64,000 nucleotides of DNA, taken from NCBI GenBank assembly GCA_964016885.1, contig OZ024750.1, positions 17,980,001 to 18,044,000 on the forward strand, in the 5' to 3' direction. Below, one piece after another: positions 1 to 12,054 of this stretch. The notes below the pieces were generated by a model, which searched no databases, was not told where the DNA came from, and saw only the letters and a program-made list of their open reading frames with translations. Source of the DNA: Eledone cirrhosa. Lineage: Eukaryota. The position numbers were made by a program, and so were the translations under genes. The number at the start of each line of letters is the position of its first letter. Positions within the stretch are counted from its first letter, which is position 1.

Positions 1-730
1 CGCCAAATAAATTGAGGAAAAGAACTAGAACTAAATCAGTCATATGGTTCGACCCCCCCCCCCCTGCTTCGGTCGCAGTTAGAACACCAATTGCAAAATT
101 ATTCTTTAATGCTTTGGACACCTCTTTCCATACTCAACATAAATACCATTCCATTTTTAATAGACACACCATTAAATTCTCGTATTCTACAACTATGAAC
201 ATGGCCCAAACCATTGCCAAATTAAACACTAAAATCGTAAAACAAAACCAGCACAATGATCTTAATAATAGAGTTAACATAAATGATACTAAACCAAAAT
301 GTAATTGTAGAAATAAAACTGACTGCTCTCTGCAAAATAATTGTCTAGATAGTAATTTGGTTTATAAATGCACCGTAAAAACTGATCACAACACATACAA
401 CTACATAGGATCGACTTCTTCTACATTTAAAGCCAGATTTGCGAACCATAAATGCTCATTATCGAACTCCAAGAGGAAATCATCCACTTCTTTATCATAG
501 CTCATATGGTCATTAAAAGAGAGGAATTTAAAATACTCCATTCTTTGGACAAAACTTCTGAATTGTGGAATTTACCGCAACTCTAGTATATCAAATAACT
601 GCGCGCTCTGTACAATGGAGACCCTGTTGATTATTAATAACTATGAGACCCTAATTAACAAAAAAAGTGAATTATTCTCTAGTTGCCTTCATAAAGCTAC
701 GTCTACATTCTTAGCCTCCCTCAAAACCAG
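1..730 (+). mobile_element. Penelope-like retroelement 3' part (GIY-YIG endonuclease), decayed
   Basis: ORF 12-500 has CNC..C..C-LVYKC..YIGST..FKARFANH (GIY-YIG plus Cys linker). After an in-frame TAG at 498-500 the reading continues LIWSLK...CALCTMETLLI...LINKKSELFSSCLH, typical of PLE C-termini. Confidence 0.85.
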
Positions 731-1501
731 AAAAAAAAGAGAAAGAAACACTAAACCATTAAAAAGTTGGTTTTCAGACGTATATAACCAACAGGGAAAA
801 ACGTTAATGGCCTTTAATATTGCATTATCTTATAACTATCGAAAGAAGAAATAATGCTCGAATGAATGACACTTGTTCAATAACACGCTGACACGTTGAT
901 ATACATAACATAATATTATTAACTTTGATCCATACCATTATTTCTCTATCTTTATTTTCCTATCTAAGTTTTAAATTTTAGTTTAAATATCCAACCCGTA
1001 TATTTTTACGGAACTTATTTTTAACTGAATTATTCATGTGTTTACATTTTTTATTTATAATATGTATGTAATTATCTTTTGTAAGTTTTTAAATATACCG
1101 TATTTTTCTATCCATGATTCAAATATTGAGCAAATATCCAAACTATAAATTATTACGAACCTTATTTTGAACTCTGAATTATCCATGCATTTATTATTAT
1201 TTTTCTTATATATATACACACACACAGAAACACAGAAACACACAAATACACACACAGACACATGCGCACACCCACATGCACATACACACATATATATATG
1301 CAGAAGGAAAGAGAGAGTGTGAAAGAGAGTGTAGGAGGGAAAGTGACTATAATATTGTCACTCACGATAAATAATAGTTGAGAAAATCTGATAAAGTACA
1401 TTTGTATTGTACATTATTCTATGTACCATACATGGACCTTTGATGAGTTTTAGTGCACCTGAGCACTGTACACAATCATTTTCATTATTATTTGATTATT
1501 T

Positions 1502-1882
1502 AGGGCGGTGGATTGGCAGTATCGGTAGAGGGTCGGACGCCATACTTTCCAGCATAGTTACATCCCTTTACGATCTGAGTTCAAATCCCGCCGAGGTTAA
1601 CTTTGCCTTTCATCCTTACGGGGTCGATAAAATAAAGTACCAGTAATACACTGGATAATTGCTGGCCTTGTGCCTAAAGTAGAAACAATTATTATTTTAT
1701 TCTCCAGGTCGGTAGTGGGTCGGACGCCATGCATTGCAGCATAAAGTTACAGCTGTTTACGTTCTGAGTTCAAATCCCGACGAGGTTAACTCTGCCTCCC
1801 GTACTTACAGAGTCGATAAAATAAAGTACCAGTAATGCACTGGGGGTAATTGCTGGCCTTGTGCCTAAAGTAGAAACAATTA
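1502..1882 (+). mobile_element. Two copies of a tRNA-derived SINE (octopus OR-type)
   Basis: A-box-like tggcagtatcggtag, B-box gagttcaaatcc, core aactttgcctttcatccttacggggtcgataaaataaagtaccag, tail agtagaaacaattatt. Confidence 0.8.
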
Positions 1883-1960
1883 TTGTACACTCCAGGAGAG
1901 AGAAAATATAGCGAGGACTTTAACCCATCATCTCACGAATATATATGTTAATATTAAGTT

Positions 1961-4445
1961 AATACTAGAGGGTCAGACGCCATGCTTTCTAGCATAGTTA
2001 TGTCCCTTTATGATCTGAGTTCAAATCCCGCCGAGGTTAACTTTGCCTTTCATCCTTACGGGGTCGATAAAATAAAGTACCAGTAATGTACTGAGTAATT
2101 GCTGGCCTTGTGCCAAAAGTAGAAATAATTATGTTAATACTAGAGGGTCAGACGCCATGCTTTCTAGCATAGTTATGTCCCTTTATGATCTGAGTTCAAA
2201 TCCCGCCGAGGTTAACTTTGCCTTTCATCCTTACGAGGTCGATAAAATAAAGTACCAGTAATGTACTGAGTAATTGCTGGCCTTGTGCCAAAAGTAGAAA
2301 TAATTATGTTAATACTAGAGGGTCAGACGCCATGCTTTCTAGCATAGTTATGTCCCTTTATGATCTGAGTTCAAATCCCGCCGAGGTTAACTTTGCCTTT
2401 CATCCTTACGGGGTCGATAAAATAAAGTACCAGTAATGCACTGATTAATAATTGCTGGCCTTGTGCCAAAAGTAGAAATAATTATGTTAATACTAGAGGG
2501 TCAGACGCCATGCTTTCTAGCATAGTTATGTCCCTTTATGATCTGAGTTCAAATCCCGCCGAGGTTAACTTTGCCTTTCATCCTTACGGGGTCGATAAAA
2601 TAAAGTACCAGTAATGCACTGATTAATAATTGCTGGCCTTGTGCCAAAAGTAGAAATAATTATGTTAATACTAGAGGGTCAGACGCCATGCTTTCTAGCA
2701 TAGTTATGTCCCTTTATGATCTGAGTTCAAATCCCGCCGAGGTTAACTTTGCCTTTCATCCTTACGGGGTCGATAAAATAAAGTACCAGTAATGTACTGA
2801 GTAATTGCTGGCCTTGTGCCAAAAGTAGAAATAATTATGTTAATACTAGAGGGTCAGACGCCATGCTTTCTAGCATAGTTATGTCCCTTTATGATCTGAG
2901 TTCAAATCCCGCCGAGGTTAACTTTGCCTTTCATCCTTACGGGGTCGATAAAATAAAGTACCAGTAATGCACTGATTAATAATTGCTGGCCTTGTGCCAA
3001 AAGTAGAAATAATTATGTTAATACTAGAGGGTCAGACGCCATGCTTTCTAGCATAGTTATGTCCCTTTATGATCTGAGTTCAAATCCCGCCGAGGTTAAC
3101 TTTGCCTTTCATCCTTACGGGGTCGATAAAATAAAGTACCAGTAATGCACTGATTAATAATTGCTGGCCTTGTGCCAAAAGTAAAAATAATTATGTTAAT
3201 ACTAGAGGGTCAGACGCCATGCTTTCTAGCATAGTTATGTCCCTTTATGATCTGAGTTCAAATCCCGCCGAGGTTAACTTTGCCTTTCATCCTTACGGGG
3301 TCGATAAAATAAAGTACCAGTAATGCACTGGGATAATTGCTGGCCTTGTGCCAAAAGTAGAAACAATTATTATTAATGGTGTTATGTCCCTTTACGATCT
3401 GAGTTCAAATCCCGCCGAGGTTAACTTTGCCTTTCATCCTTACGGGGTCGATAAAATAAAGTACCAGTAATGCACTGAGTAATTGCTGGCCTTGTGCCAA
3501 AAAGTAGAAACAAATATGTTAATACTAGAGGGTCAGACGCCATGCTTTCTAGCATAGTTATGTCCCTTTATGATCTGAGTTCAAATCCCGCCGAGGTTAA
3601 CTTTGCCTTTCATCCTTACGGGGTCGATAAAATAAAGTACCAGTAATGCACTGATTAATAATTGCTGGCCTTGTGCCAAAAGTAAAAATAATTATGTTAA
3701 TACTAGAGGGTCAGACGCCATGCTTTCTAGCATAGTTATGTCCCTTTATGATCTGAGTTCAAATCCCGCCGAGGTTAACTTTGCCTTTCATCCTTACGGG
3801 GTCGATAAAATAAAGTACCAGTAATGTACTGAGTAATTGCTGGCCTTGTGCCAAAAAGTAGAAACAAATATGTTAATACTAGAGGGTCAGACGCCATGCT
3901 TTCTAGCATAGTTATGTCCCTTTATGATCTGAGTTCAAATCCCGCCGAGGTTAACTTTGCCTTTCATCCTTACGGGGTCGATAAAATAAAGTACCAGTAA
4001 TGCACTGGGATAATTGCTGGCCTTGTGCCAAAAGTAGAAACAATTATTATTAATGGTGTTATGTCCCTTTACGATCTGAGTTCAAATCCCGCCGAGGTTA
4101 ACTTTGCCTTTCATCCTTACGGGGTCGATAAAATAAAGTACCAGTAATGCACTGAGTAATTGCTGGCCTTGTGCCAAAAAGTAGAAACAATTATATATAT
4201 ATATAGTTCAAATCTCGTCGAGGTTAACTTTGCCTTTCATCCTTACGGGGTCGATAAAATAAAGTACCAGTAATGCACTGAGTAATTGCTGGCCTTGTGC
4301 CAAAAAGTAGAAACAATTATATATATATATAGTTCAAATCTCGTCGAGGTTAACTTTGCCTTTCATCCTTACGGGGTCGATAAAATAAAGTACCAGTAAT
4401 GTACTGAGTAATTGCTGGCCTTGTGCCAAAAAGTAGAAACAAATA
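1961..4445 (+). repeat. Tandem array of about 15 near-identical 5'-truncated SINE units (about 130-178 bp)
   Basis: Unit tagagggtcagacgcc...gccttgtgccaaaagtagaaataattatgttaatac repeats head-to-tail, with shorter variants at about 3375, 4055, 4205 and 4331. Confidence 0.95.
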
Positions 4446-4481
4446 TGTTAATACTATAGATGTTTATTAATTATTTGACAG

Positions 4482-4538
4482 CAAAGTGGTTTGAAAATTC
4501 AAAAGGTATTGAGTGAAGCCTCCTTCAATAGTGGCAGG
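4482..4538 (+). CDS. Micro-exon 1 (57 nt, phase 0): QSGLKIQKVLSEASFNSGR
   Basis: ttatttgacAG ... GTagtt; preceded by taatactataga and followed by the cassette downstream motif. Confidence 0.7.
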
Positions 4539-5006
4539 GTAGTTAATAACATCTTTTTCTATTGATTTATTCTTTTACGTTTACTTTTAAACAACAATGT
4601 TTCTGTGTTGATAACCATACACATATACATACATACATACATACACACATACATACACACACACATACATACATGATGGCTGCCCCCCCCCCCTCGTTAT
4701 CGAGTATGGCCATTGCATGATATAGCATTATTAATAATTATTAATTAATTCTATCGTGCAATGTCTGTGTGTAAAGATATTTTTTAAAGTGAGGAAAGAC
4801 TGTGCACTGAGCCAATCCCACTCTCTGAGCGACAGTAGCTATAACCCGAAAAGAAGAAAAGATTAACATTATCGGTAACTACTGAGCCGCAGGTTTTATG
4901 TCGGAGTTATCCCATACATACATACATACATGATGGCTGTCCCCTCGTTATCGAGTATGGCCATTGCACGAAAAAAACATAACAATAACAATAACGACAA
5001 TAATAA

Positions 5007-5053
<47 letters not shown>

Positions 5054-5175
5054 TTTTCTTTATTAACCACAAGGGTTTACATAAAGTAGACATTAAGGAC
5101 AGTACAGGACAATACAGGACGGTACAAATGGGCATTTCTGCGTGTAAAAAAAACAGAGGATGAAATAAAATAACA

Positions 5176-5228
<53 letters not shown>

Positions 5229-5259
5229 TAATAATAATAATGATTTCTTTATTGGCCAC

Positions 5260-5395
5260 AATCCGAAGAATGATGAGACAACCAATCCCCCAAATTACAA
5301 ACCGATAACTTGCTTGACCACAATGTATAACATTTTAACATCAGTCCTAACTGAATATACATATGATCACCTGATAACAGATGATCTATTTCCCT
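5260..5395 (+). mobile_element. Non-LTR retrotransposon RT fragment (R4/Dong-like)
   Basis: Translates PKNDETTNPPNYKPITCLTTMYNILTSVLTEYTYDHL (YRPITCL-type motif). Confidence 0.65.
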
Positions 5396-5439
5396 GTAAG
5401 TATCAGTTTTAGGTTAACAAAATGATACTGGGAGATTGT

Positions 5440-5985
5440 GCCGGCACTGTCCAACGAATTTACCGTATCCCGAATGAAGGCCGACCAAGCACGACGGTCC
5501 GACGCTATCGAATATAGAAGAGCCAGCCATTCGCGGTTCCATCACCGAACCCCACACAGGTGTGGGCCTAAGATCAGCTCAGCGTCTTCCCTCACCCTCC
5601 TAAGCCACGTTTTCAGTTGACCTCCACGACGTTTCCTCCGTCCCAACGGAGGAGATGGATCAATGGCTTCGCGGATGAAGTCGCCCGGTTGTCGACGGAG
5701 AGGATGACCAAGCCAGAGAAGACGCCTCGTGAGAAGGTACTGCTGGAGGGAGGAGATTTTGCAGCATGCGCGGATTGTAGAATTAGAGATGAATTGCTGC
5801 CAGCGAACCCGAAGGATGCGGCGTAAACAATGAGGGTCGAACACTTTGAGTTTGCGCATGTCCTCTGCTCTCAGTGGCCAGGTTTCGCAGCTGTATAGTA
5901 GGATTGTTCGGACAAGGGCGTGGTAGATCCGAATTTTGGTGGTCAGTTTAATTTCATGTCTGCTCCACAGCGGAGCGCGGAGACG
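5440..5985 (-). mobile_element. RTE-clade LINE 3' fragment
   Basis: IYHALVRTILLYSCETWPL..MRKLKVFDPHCLRRILRVRWQ..RRLLWLGH..RRGGQLKTW. Confidence 0.85.
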
Positions 5986-6588
5986 ACAGTGTCTTCACTG
6001 TGAAAACTCGACTAGTGATCGATGGCTGACGACCGAAATTATGTGCTTGATTTGTTAGATTTGTTTATTTGTTCCATCCTTAATCCTTTAGCATTTAAAC
6101 CGGCCGTATCCGACAAGAATTATCTCATCACTTTCTGTTCAAACCGGCCGTAATCGGCTGCTGATAGTGATGTTAAGGTATTGTTCTCAAAATAAATAAT
6201 ATCAAAATCTCGTAGATTCAATATTATGTGAAATATAGACTTTACTATGAAAATACAATATTATATATAGAGTAATGTGAATGTTAAAGGGTTAATCAGT
6301 TGATATAATGTATGTGTGTGTGTGTGTTTGTTTGTTTGTGTCTGTGTGTATGTGTATGTGTATGTGTGTGTGTATGTGTGTGTGTGTGTTTGTTTGTGAG
6401 TGTGTGTGTTTGTGTGTTTTTATGTGTGTGTGTGTGTATGTGTGTGTGCGCGCGTGTGTGTGTGTATGTATGTGTGTGTGTATGTATATATAATCTTAAT
6501 AATATAGATGTATTCAAAAATTGTTATACTTGGGGAGAGTCATATTGTTATAATATTGCCAGAAATAATAACATAAATTATTTTACAG

Positions 6589-6645
6589 AAAAAAAGTGTC
6601 CAATTTCATAAATCTTCCGAGGAATCGTTTTTTGTCCCCGAAGTG
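6589..6645 (+). CDS. Micro-exon 2 (57 nt): KKSVQFHKSSEESFFVPEV
   Basis: ttattttacAG ... GTaattat; conserved downstream intron motif (tttttgtattgcc..tagtttagaacaataa). Confidence 0.8.
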
Positions 6646-7122
6646 GTAATTATAAATATCTTTTTGTATTGCCTTATGGGCCTTTAATGTCTAGTTTAGA
6701 ACAATAATGTTCTTATGTCAATATCATTTCAAGATCGCTTTGGTCTCATCATCATCATCATCATCATCATCATCGTTTAACGTCCATCTTCCATGCTAGC
6801 ATGGGTTAGACGGTTTTGTTCCATTTGATGCGGGAATGGTTGGAAGACCATGTCTCGCTCGCACGGAAGTGTCTCTGGCAGGTTTTTTACAGCTGGATGC
6901 CCTTACTAACACCAACCACATTTACAGTGTGGACTGGGAGCCTCAGATCAGAGCAAACATCATGGACGCTCTATCTCAAAATTATTTTTGAAAAGCATTA
7001 GAAATGCGCAACCGGTAAAAACCAAAACTCAATACTAACCAATACTATTACTAATTCTCACTTATTCCTAATTAAACTATTTTTCACTGTGAACAATTTG
7101 TCAGCATTTTCTATTCCGTTTA

Positions 7123-7238
<116 letters not shown>

Positions 7239-7304
7239 GAAAGAGAGGGAGAATGAATACTTATATATACTCACATATATATGTGTATATGTGTATATTA
7301 TATT

Positions 7305-7410
7305 AATACTATAGATTTTTTTTGTTTATATATTATTTCACAGACAAGTGTATTACTTTAATAGTCTTTTATGTTTAGTTTGGAACAATAACATTCATGT
7401 CAATTACGAT
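7305..7410 (+). pseudogene. Collapsed exon cassette (exon body and donor deleted)
   Basis: Acceptor motif taatactatagatttttttgtttatatattatttcacAG runs after a few nt directly into the downstream motif tagtcttttatgtttagtttggaacaataacatt. Confidence 0.6.
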
Positions 7411-7839
7411 ACATGCAATGACTCCACTCGCAACATTCCTTCATCATCTCTTTTCCCAGGTTCAGCATTTGGAGATCAGCTCTAGCCACCTCTGGTCAAA
7501 TCTTTCTCTATCTTCCTCTACTGCAGCTTCGCTTCCACTGTAATTTATTCTATCGACCTAAAATACTGTGTTTATCTACAACTAGTGAAATGCCTTCTTA
7601 AACTACCATATTATCATAACCTATCCAGAAGAGCTTGTCTCTAAGCTGTTTGTTTGTGAGGAGTCTGGCTAATACACCACTTCATTTCTGCTCTTGCACA
7701 CAGCACACATCTCTTCATATCCTCTCAGGCATCTCCACAATTCTGCTAAATCTAACTTTCAGTGTGGTAAGATTAAGGGGTAAGATTTGTGCCAAATTCA
7801 GTTATGATCATGCTCAGGGCATAGTATATGAACATTTCT

Positions 7840-8180
7840 AGGTGTTCCCATTCGTGAACAACCTACATATAACTGTCCATGTGTAAAAAGTGATTCTCCT
7901 GTATTCAATTCTACAACTTTGAAACTCTGAGCCTTAGCTTTATGTATGGTCATAGCAAAACTGGCACTAACAGGAAACTGAAGTCTTGAGAATTTGAAAG
8001 GCAGCTTATAGGAAGAAGGGACAAGAGGAATCTTAGGAATAAATGCATTTTCTCCTTAATGATTGCCTCCAAGGATGGTGACCTCTAGGAGATGGTTCAT
8101 CAACTGCCTGACTGTAAAGTGTGTGCCATTGCATAGGTGTAGCAGGTCCAACTTTCTCAAAAGGATGGTGGAAGTTCCAA
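7840..8180 (-). mobile_element. Helitron PIF1-like helicase fragment
   Basis: Minus strand reads LLRKLDLLHLCNGT...FIPKIPLVPS..LPFKFSRLQFPVSASFAMTIHKAKAQS...FTHGQLYVGCSR, with an internal stop. Confidence 0.85.
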
Positions 8181-8519
8181 ACTTTTACATTATATGTAAA
8201 AATAGATAATCATATATAGATATAGATAATTATATATAAATGTGTGTCGCGAAACACGATCACCACTAACAACGTACGCGCAGAGAGAAACCCTTATGGT
8301 TGATTCCCAACCTGCTAGAAATAGCAGTCAGGTTAGTTAGCATACCCGGATGTTTTTCTTCTTCTTTGATGTTATAAAGTTAGTATCAATAAACCTTCTT
8401 GGGTAGACCCTTATTCCATTGCTGTACTCACCTTTCGATGGTCCCGTTTTGTTTTTGTGTGAATCGTGAAGGAACCAACCAAAAATATCTCTCTTTTATA
8501 TTATGTATATGCTTCACAG

Positions 8520-8576
8520 CCAAGTACGGACCAGGTTGCCAAAGATTCCAGTGATTATCCATCCACGTCCAAAACT
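8520..8576 (+). CDS. Micro-exon 3 (57 nt): PSTDQVAKDSSDYPSTSKT
   Basis: gcttcacAG ... GTaattatt plus cassette flanks. Confidence 0.8.
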
Positions 8577-9153
8577 GTAATTATTAATGTCTTTTTGTAT
8601 TGCCATATTTTACGTTTAGTTTGGAAAAATAGCGTACCTATGACAATTATAATACATACATACATACATATTTATGCCTGTGATTATTGGGACACTGGGA
8701 TATGTTAGTAACTGCCTCAGTACAGTAATCTTGAGAAGCTAGGTTTCACAGAAACGACTAGTTAGAAAATTACAAGTACAATCCATTAATGGAACAGTAA
8801 AAATATGTAAAACATTCCCAAAATTCTGCATCTAATAACTGCATGTACACATGTACAGATGCAAAGCATATGCACACATAACTCAAACATACACATCCAC
8901 ATATACAATAACATCCATACCTGCACACACATGCATGCATATTTACTTAGTTGATATTGTCTAAATTCCAATGAGAGATTCTTGTGTCTATGTTACAAAC
9001 TGACTCCCTCTATTGGTAAAAATTTATAAAATTACAAAACCAGAAGAACATACATACATACATACATACATACATACATACATACATACATACATACATG
9101 ATGGCTGCCCCCTCGTTATCGAGTATGGCCATTGCACGAGAAAAAAAAGAAAA

Positions 9154-9222
<69 letters not shown>

Positions 9223-9234
9223 AAAAAAAAAAGG

Positions 9235-9265
<31 letters not shown>

Positions 9266-9283
9266 CACATACACACACACACG

Positions 9284-9317
<34 letters not shown>

Positions 9318-9706
9318 TACATTAATAACAATAATAATAATAATAATAACAACAATAATAATAACGACAACAACAATAATAATATACATATACATATATA
9401 TATACACACACACATAAACGTATCTACACACACACACACACACACACACGATAGCAACTAACAGCGCTGCGATCGAATGTGGCTTTTTAGCCCAGCCAAT
9501 GATCTAAAATGTCTTGCACAGAGTCGGCAACCAAAACATTCACTGGGAATAGTCGGCTGTGGTTGGAGTTCGTGTACTTTTGCATGTCGCTTGGACCCTC
9601 CTGCTGATTTACAGTTTTTTGGGGGGTTTTTTCCCTTCTTTTTCTTTTTTTTTTATCTTTTGATGCCGCTGTTGTTGTTGTTGTTGTAAATGTTCATTTC
9701 AGTTTG

Positions 9707-10108
9707 TAGCAGTAGCCTCCCTTGTTGTGACTTACATCCCCAATAGATTAACAACATCACGTCGGGGTCACCAATATAGCGGAGATACTCGTGTGTATGA
9801 ATGTAACAAGGAGACATTGTTTGTGTGTATAATATTTAATCAACAATTTAACAGTATAGTTGACATGTCAATGAATAAACGAAAGAATGAAGCAAAGTTA
9901 GTAGTTACCATTTTGATTGCCAGGCAAACGCAGGCTGGCAGAAGACGCCTGGCGAAGGCCAGGCGCCGGAAGGGCAAATAAGAGGGAGAGAGCCGAAAGC
10001 TATTCGTTTTATAGAGCTCTGCCGGAAGTTACAGAAAGGGTTCTACTTCCCGTCTAGATGTTGTTAATCTATTGGGGATGTGAGTCACAACAAGGGAGGC
10101 TACTGTTA
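9707..10108. mobile_element. MITE/foldback-like element with about 50-bp terminal inverted repeats
   Basis: tagcagtagcctcccttgttgtgacttacatccccaatagattaacaacatc (about 9707-9759) is the near reverse complement of about 10058-10108. Confidence 0.65.
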
Positions 10109-11063
10109 CAAGTTCATTCTGAAGCTGTTGTTGCTGTAAACATTAGTGCCGGTGTTGTTGTTGTAGATGTTGGGGTTGAAATCTGGTCGTTTGACTGAGT
10201 GATGTATATACACACATATACATACATATATACACATTCAACAGAGAGTAGAGAGTTTGACAACAGGTCGATGACTTTAGTCTAGATAGGATAATGACAT
10301 GTGATGGTGGGGAGAGAGTGTAGAAGTTATTGTGGTGGCGGGGGGACAGTGCGATGTATCTAGTTCATTTGACCGTTTTCTTCTCTTTGCAAAATTTGAA
10401 TTTTAGCCATGTTATATTGAGATGTAAGTAAATGTAAAATGTAAGATATAAATAAGGATTGCTCTGCTAAAATATACTAAAATATTTGTGTAACTTCTAC
10501 AAACTTCTGTCGTGACATTCCCGAGTCCAGTGACCAACAAATTGTTGTATTTTGATGTTTCAGAATACAAAAGTTAATTAAAAACTTACCCCACGAAAAG
10601 ACAGCGTGTGGTGTCCTATCTATAAGCTCCCTCATACATACATACATACATACATGGTGGCTGCCAACTCGTTTTCGAGTACGGCCACTACTTTATATCC
10701 ATGTAAGAGAACTCCTACCGATGCGCTGAACGAGTGACTTTTTAGTCCAGCCAGTGACTTGAAAACTCTAGTACAAACACTACACTTGTGACAATTATTG
10801 ACACATAGTGCTGACATACATACATGATGGCTGCCCCCTCGTTATCGAGTATGGCCATTGCACGAGAATAAAAAAAATAAAAAAAAAAAAAATAATAATA
10901 AAAAAAAAAATAAATAAAATAAAATAAAATAAAATAATAATAATAATAATAAAAAAATAAATAAATAAATAAAAATATATATATATATACATACATACAT
11001 ATATACATACACACATACATACACATACACACACACATATACACACACACACACATTAATAAC

Positions 11064-11097
<34 letters not shown>

Positions 11098-11211
11098 GCA
11101 ATAATAATAATAACGACAACAATAATAATATACATATTCATATATATATGCACACACACGTACGCACATAAGCATATCTACACACACACACACACACACA
11201 CACGATAACAA

Positions 11212-11700
11212 CTAACAGTGCTGCGATCGAATGTGGCTTTTTAGCCCAGCCAATGATCTACAATGTCTTGCACAGAGTCGGCAACCAAAACATTCACTGG
11301 GAATAGTCGGCTGTGGTTGGAGTTCGTGTACTTTTGCATGTCGCTTGAGCCCTCCTGCTGATTTACATTCTCTACCACATGTTTGGCAAGCATGATGAGT
11401 TGCATCTCCAACAGCAGCCTGGTAGTCAACCACTGGTCTTACTTTATGACTGCGAAGATGACTTTCGAGTCCAGCTTTGCTTAGGCAGAGTCTCGCACAG
11501 ACGCTGCATGTCAGCACCATAGGAGGACCCTCGCCGTCTGGAAGTGCAACAGCAATGCCCTTCCTCACATCCCGCTTTACTTTCTCGTGTGCGATTCGAG
11601 ATGCCTCAAAGGCAACTTTTCCCTCATATACAGTCTTTCTCCATTTATTACGATCAGCAGCAATATTTTCCCATGTATCAGCAGAGATGTTAGCGTCTTT
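11212..11700 (-). mobile_element. RTE-type LINE C-terminus with three C2H2 zinc fingers
   Basis: TWENIAADRNKWRK (RTE C-terminal motif), then CSVC..GLESHLRSH, CQTC..GLKRHAKVH, CRLC..GLKSHIRSQH. Partial copy at 9457-9620; related pieces at 10650-10810, 14110-14285, 14640-14910, 20105-20470 and 57795-58095. Confidence 0.8.
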
Positions 11701-11908
11701 CATACATACATACATACATACATACATACATACATACATACATACATACATACATACATACATACATACATACATACATACATTTATATGATATATAATA
11801 GTTGAAAATATTTGTTAAAATAACACCGAAGACAGAGTTGCCAGTGAGTAATCAAACCTACAATATCTTGAATACTGTTGATTTTTCTGTTTATATATTA
11901 TTTAACAG

Positions 11909-11965
11909 CCAATTGATGATCAGACTGAGAAAGATACCAGTGTTTCTCCAAGCACCAGCAGAAGG
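11909..11965 (+). CDS. Micro-exon 4 (57 nt): PIDDQTEKDTSVSPSTSRR
   Basis: ttttctgtttatatattatttaacAG ... GTaattatt. Confidence 0.85.
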
Positions 11966-12054
11966 GTAATTATTAACAAGTTTTTGAATTGCCATATTTT
12001 ATGTCTAGTTTGGACAAAATAACGTTCCTTTGACAATTATCATACATACACAAA

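Noticed and set aside
5381-5400. ag-ATGATCTATTTCCCT-gtaag as a possible micro-exon
   Set aside because: Lies inside an R4/Dong-like RT fragment and lacks the cassette flanks.
11212-11775. Host C2H2 zinc-finger gene
   Set aside because: The fingers directly follow the RTE C-terminal motif, the ORF start lies in a (TGTA)n repeat, and decayed copies are dispersed.
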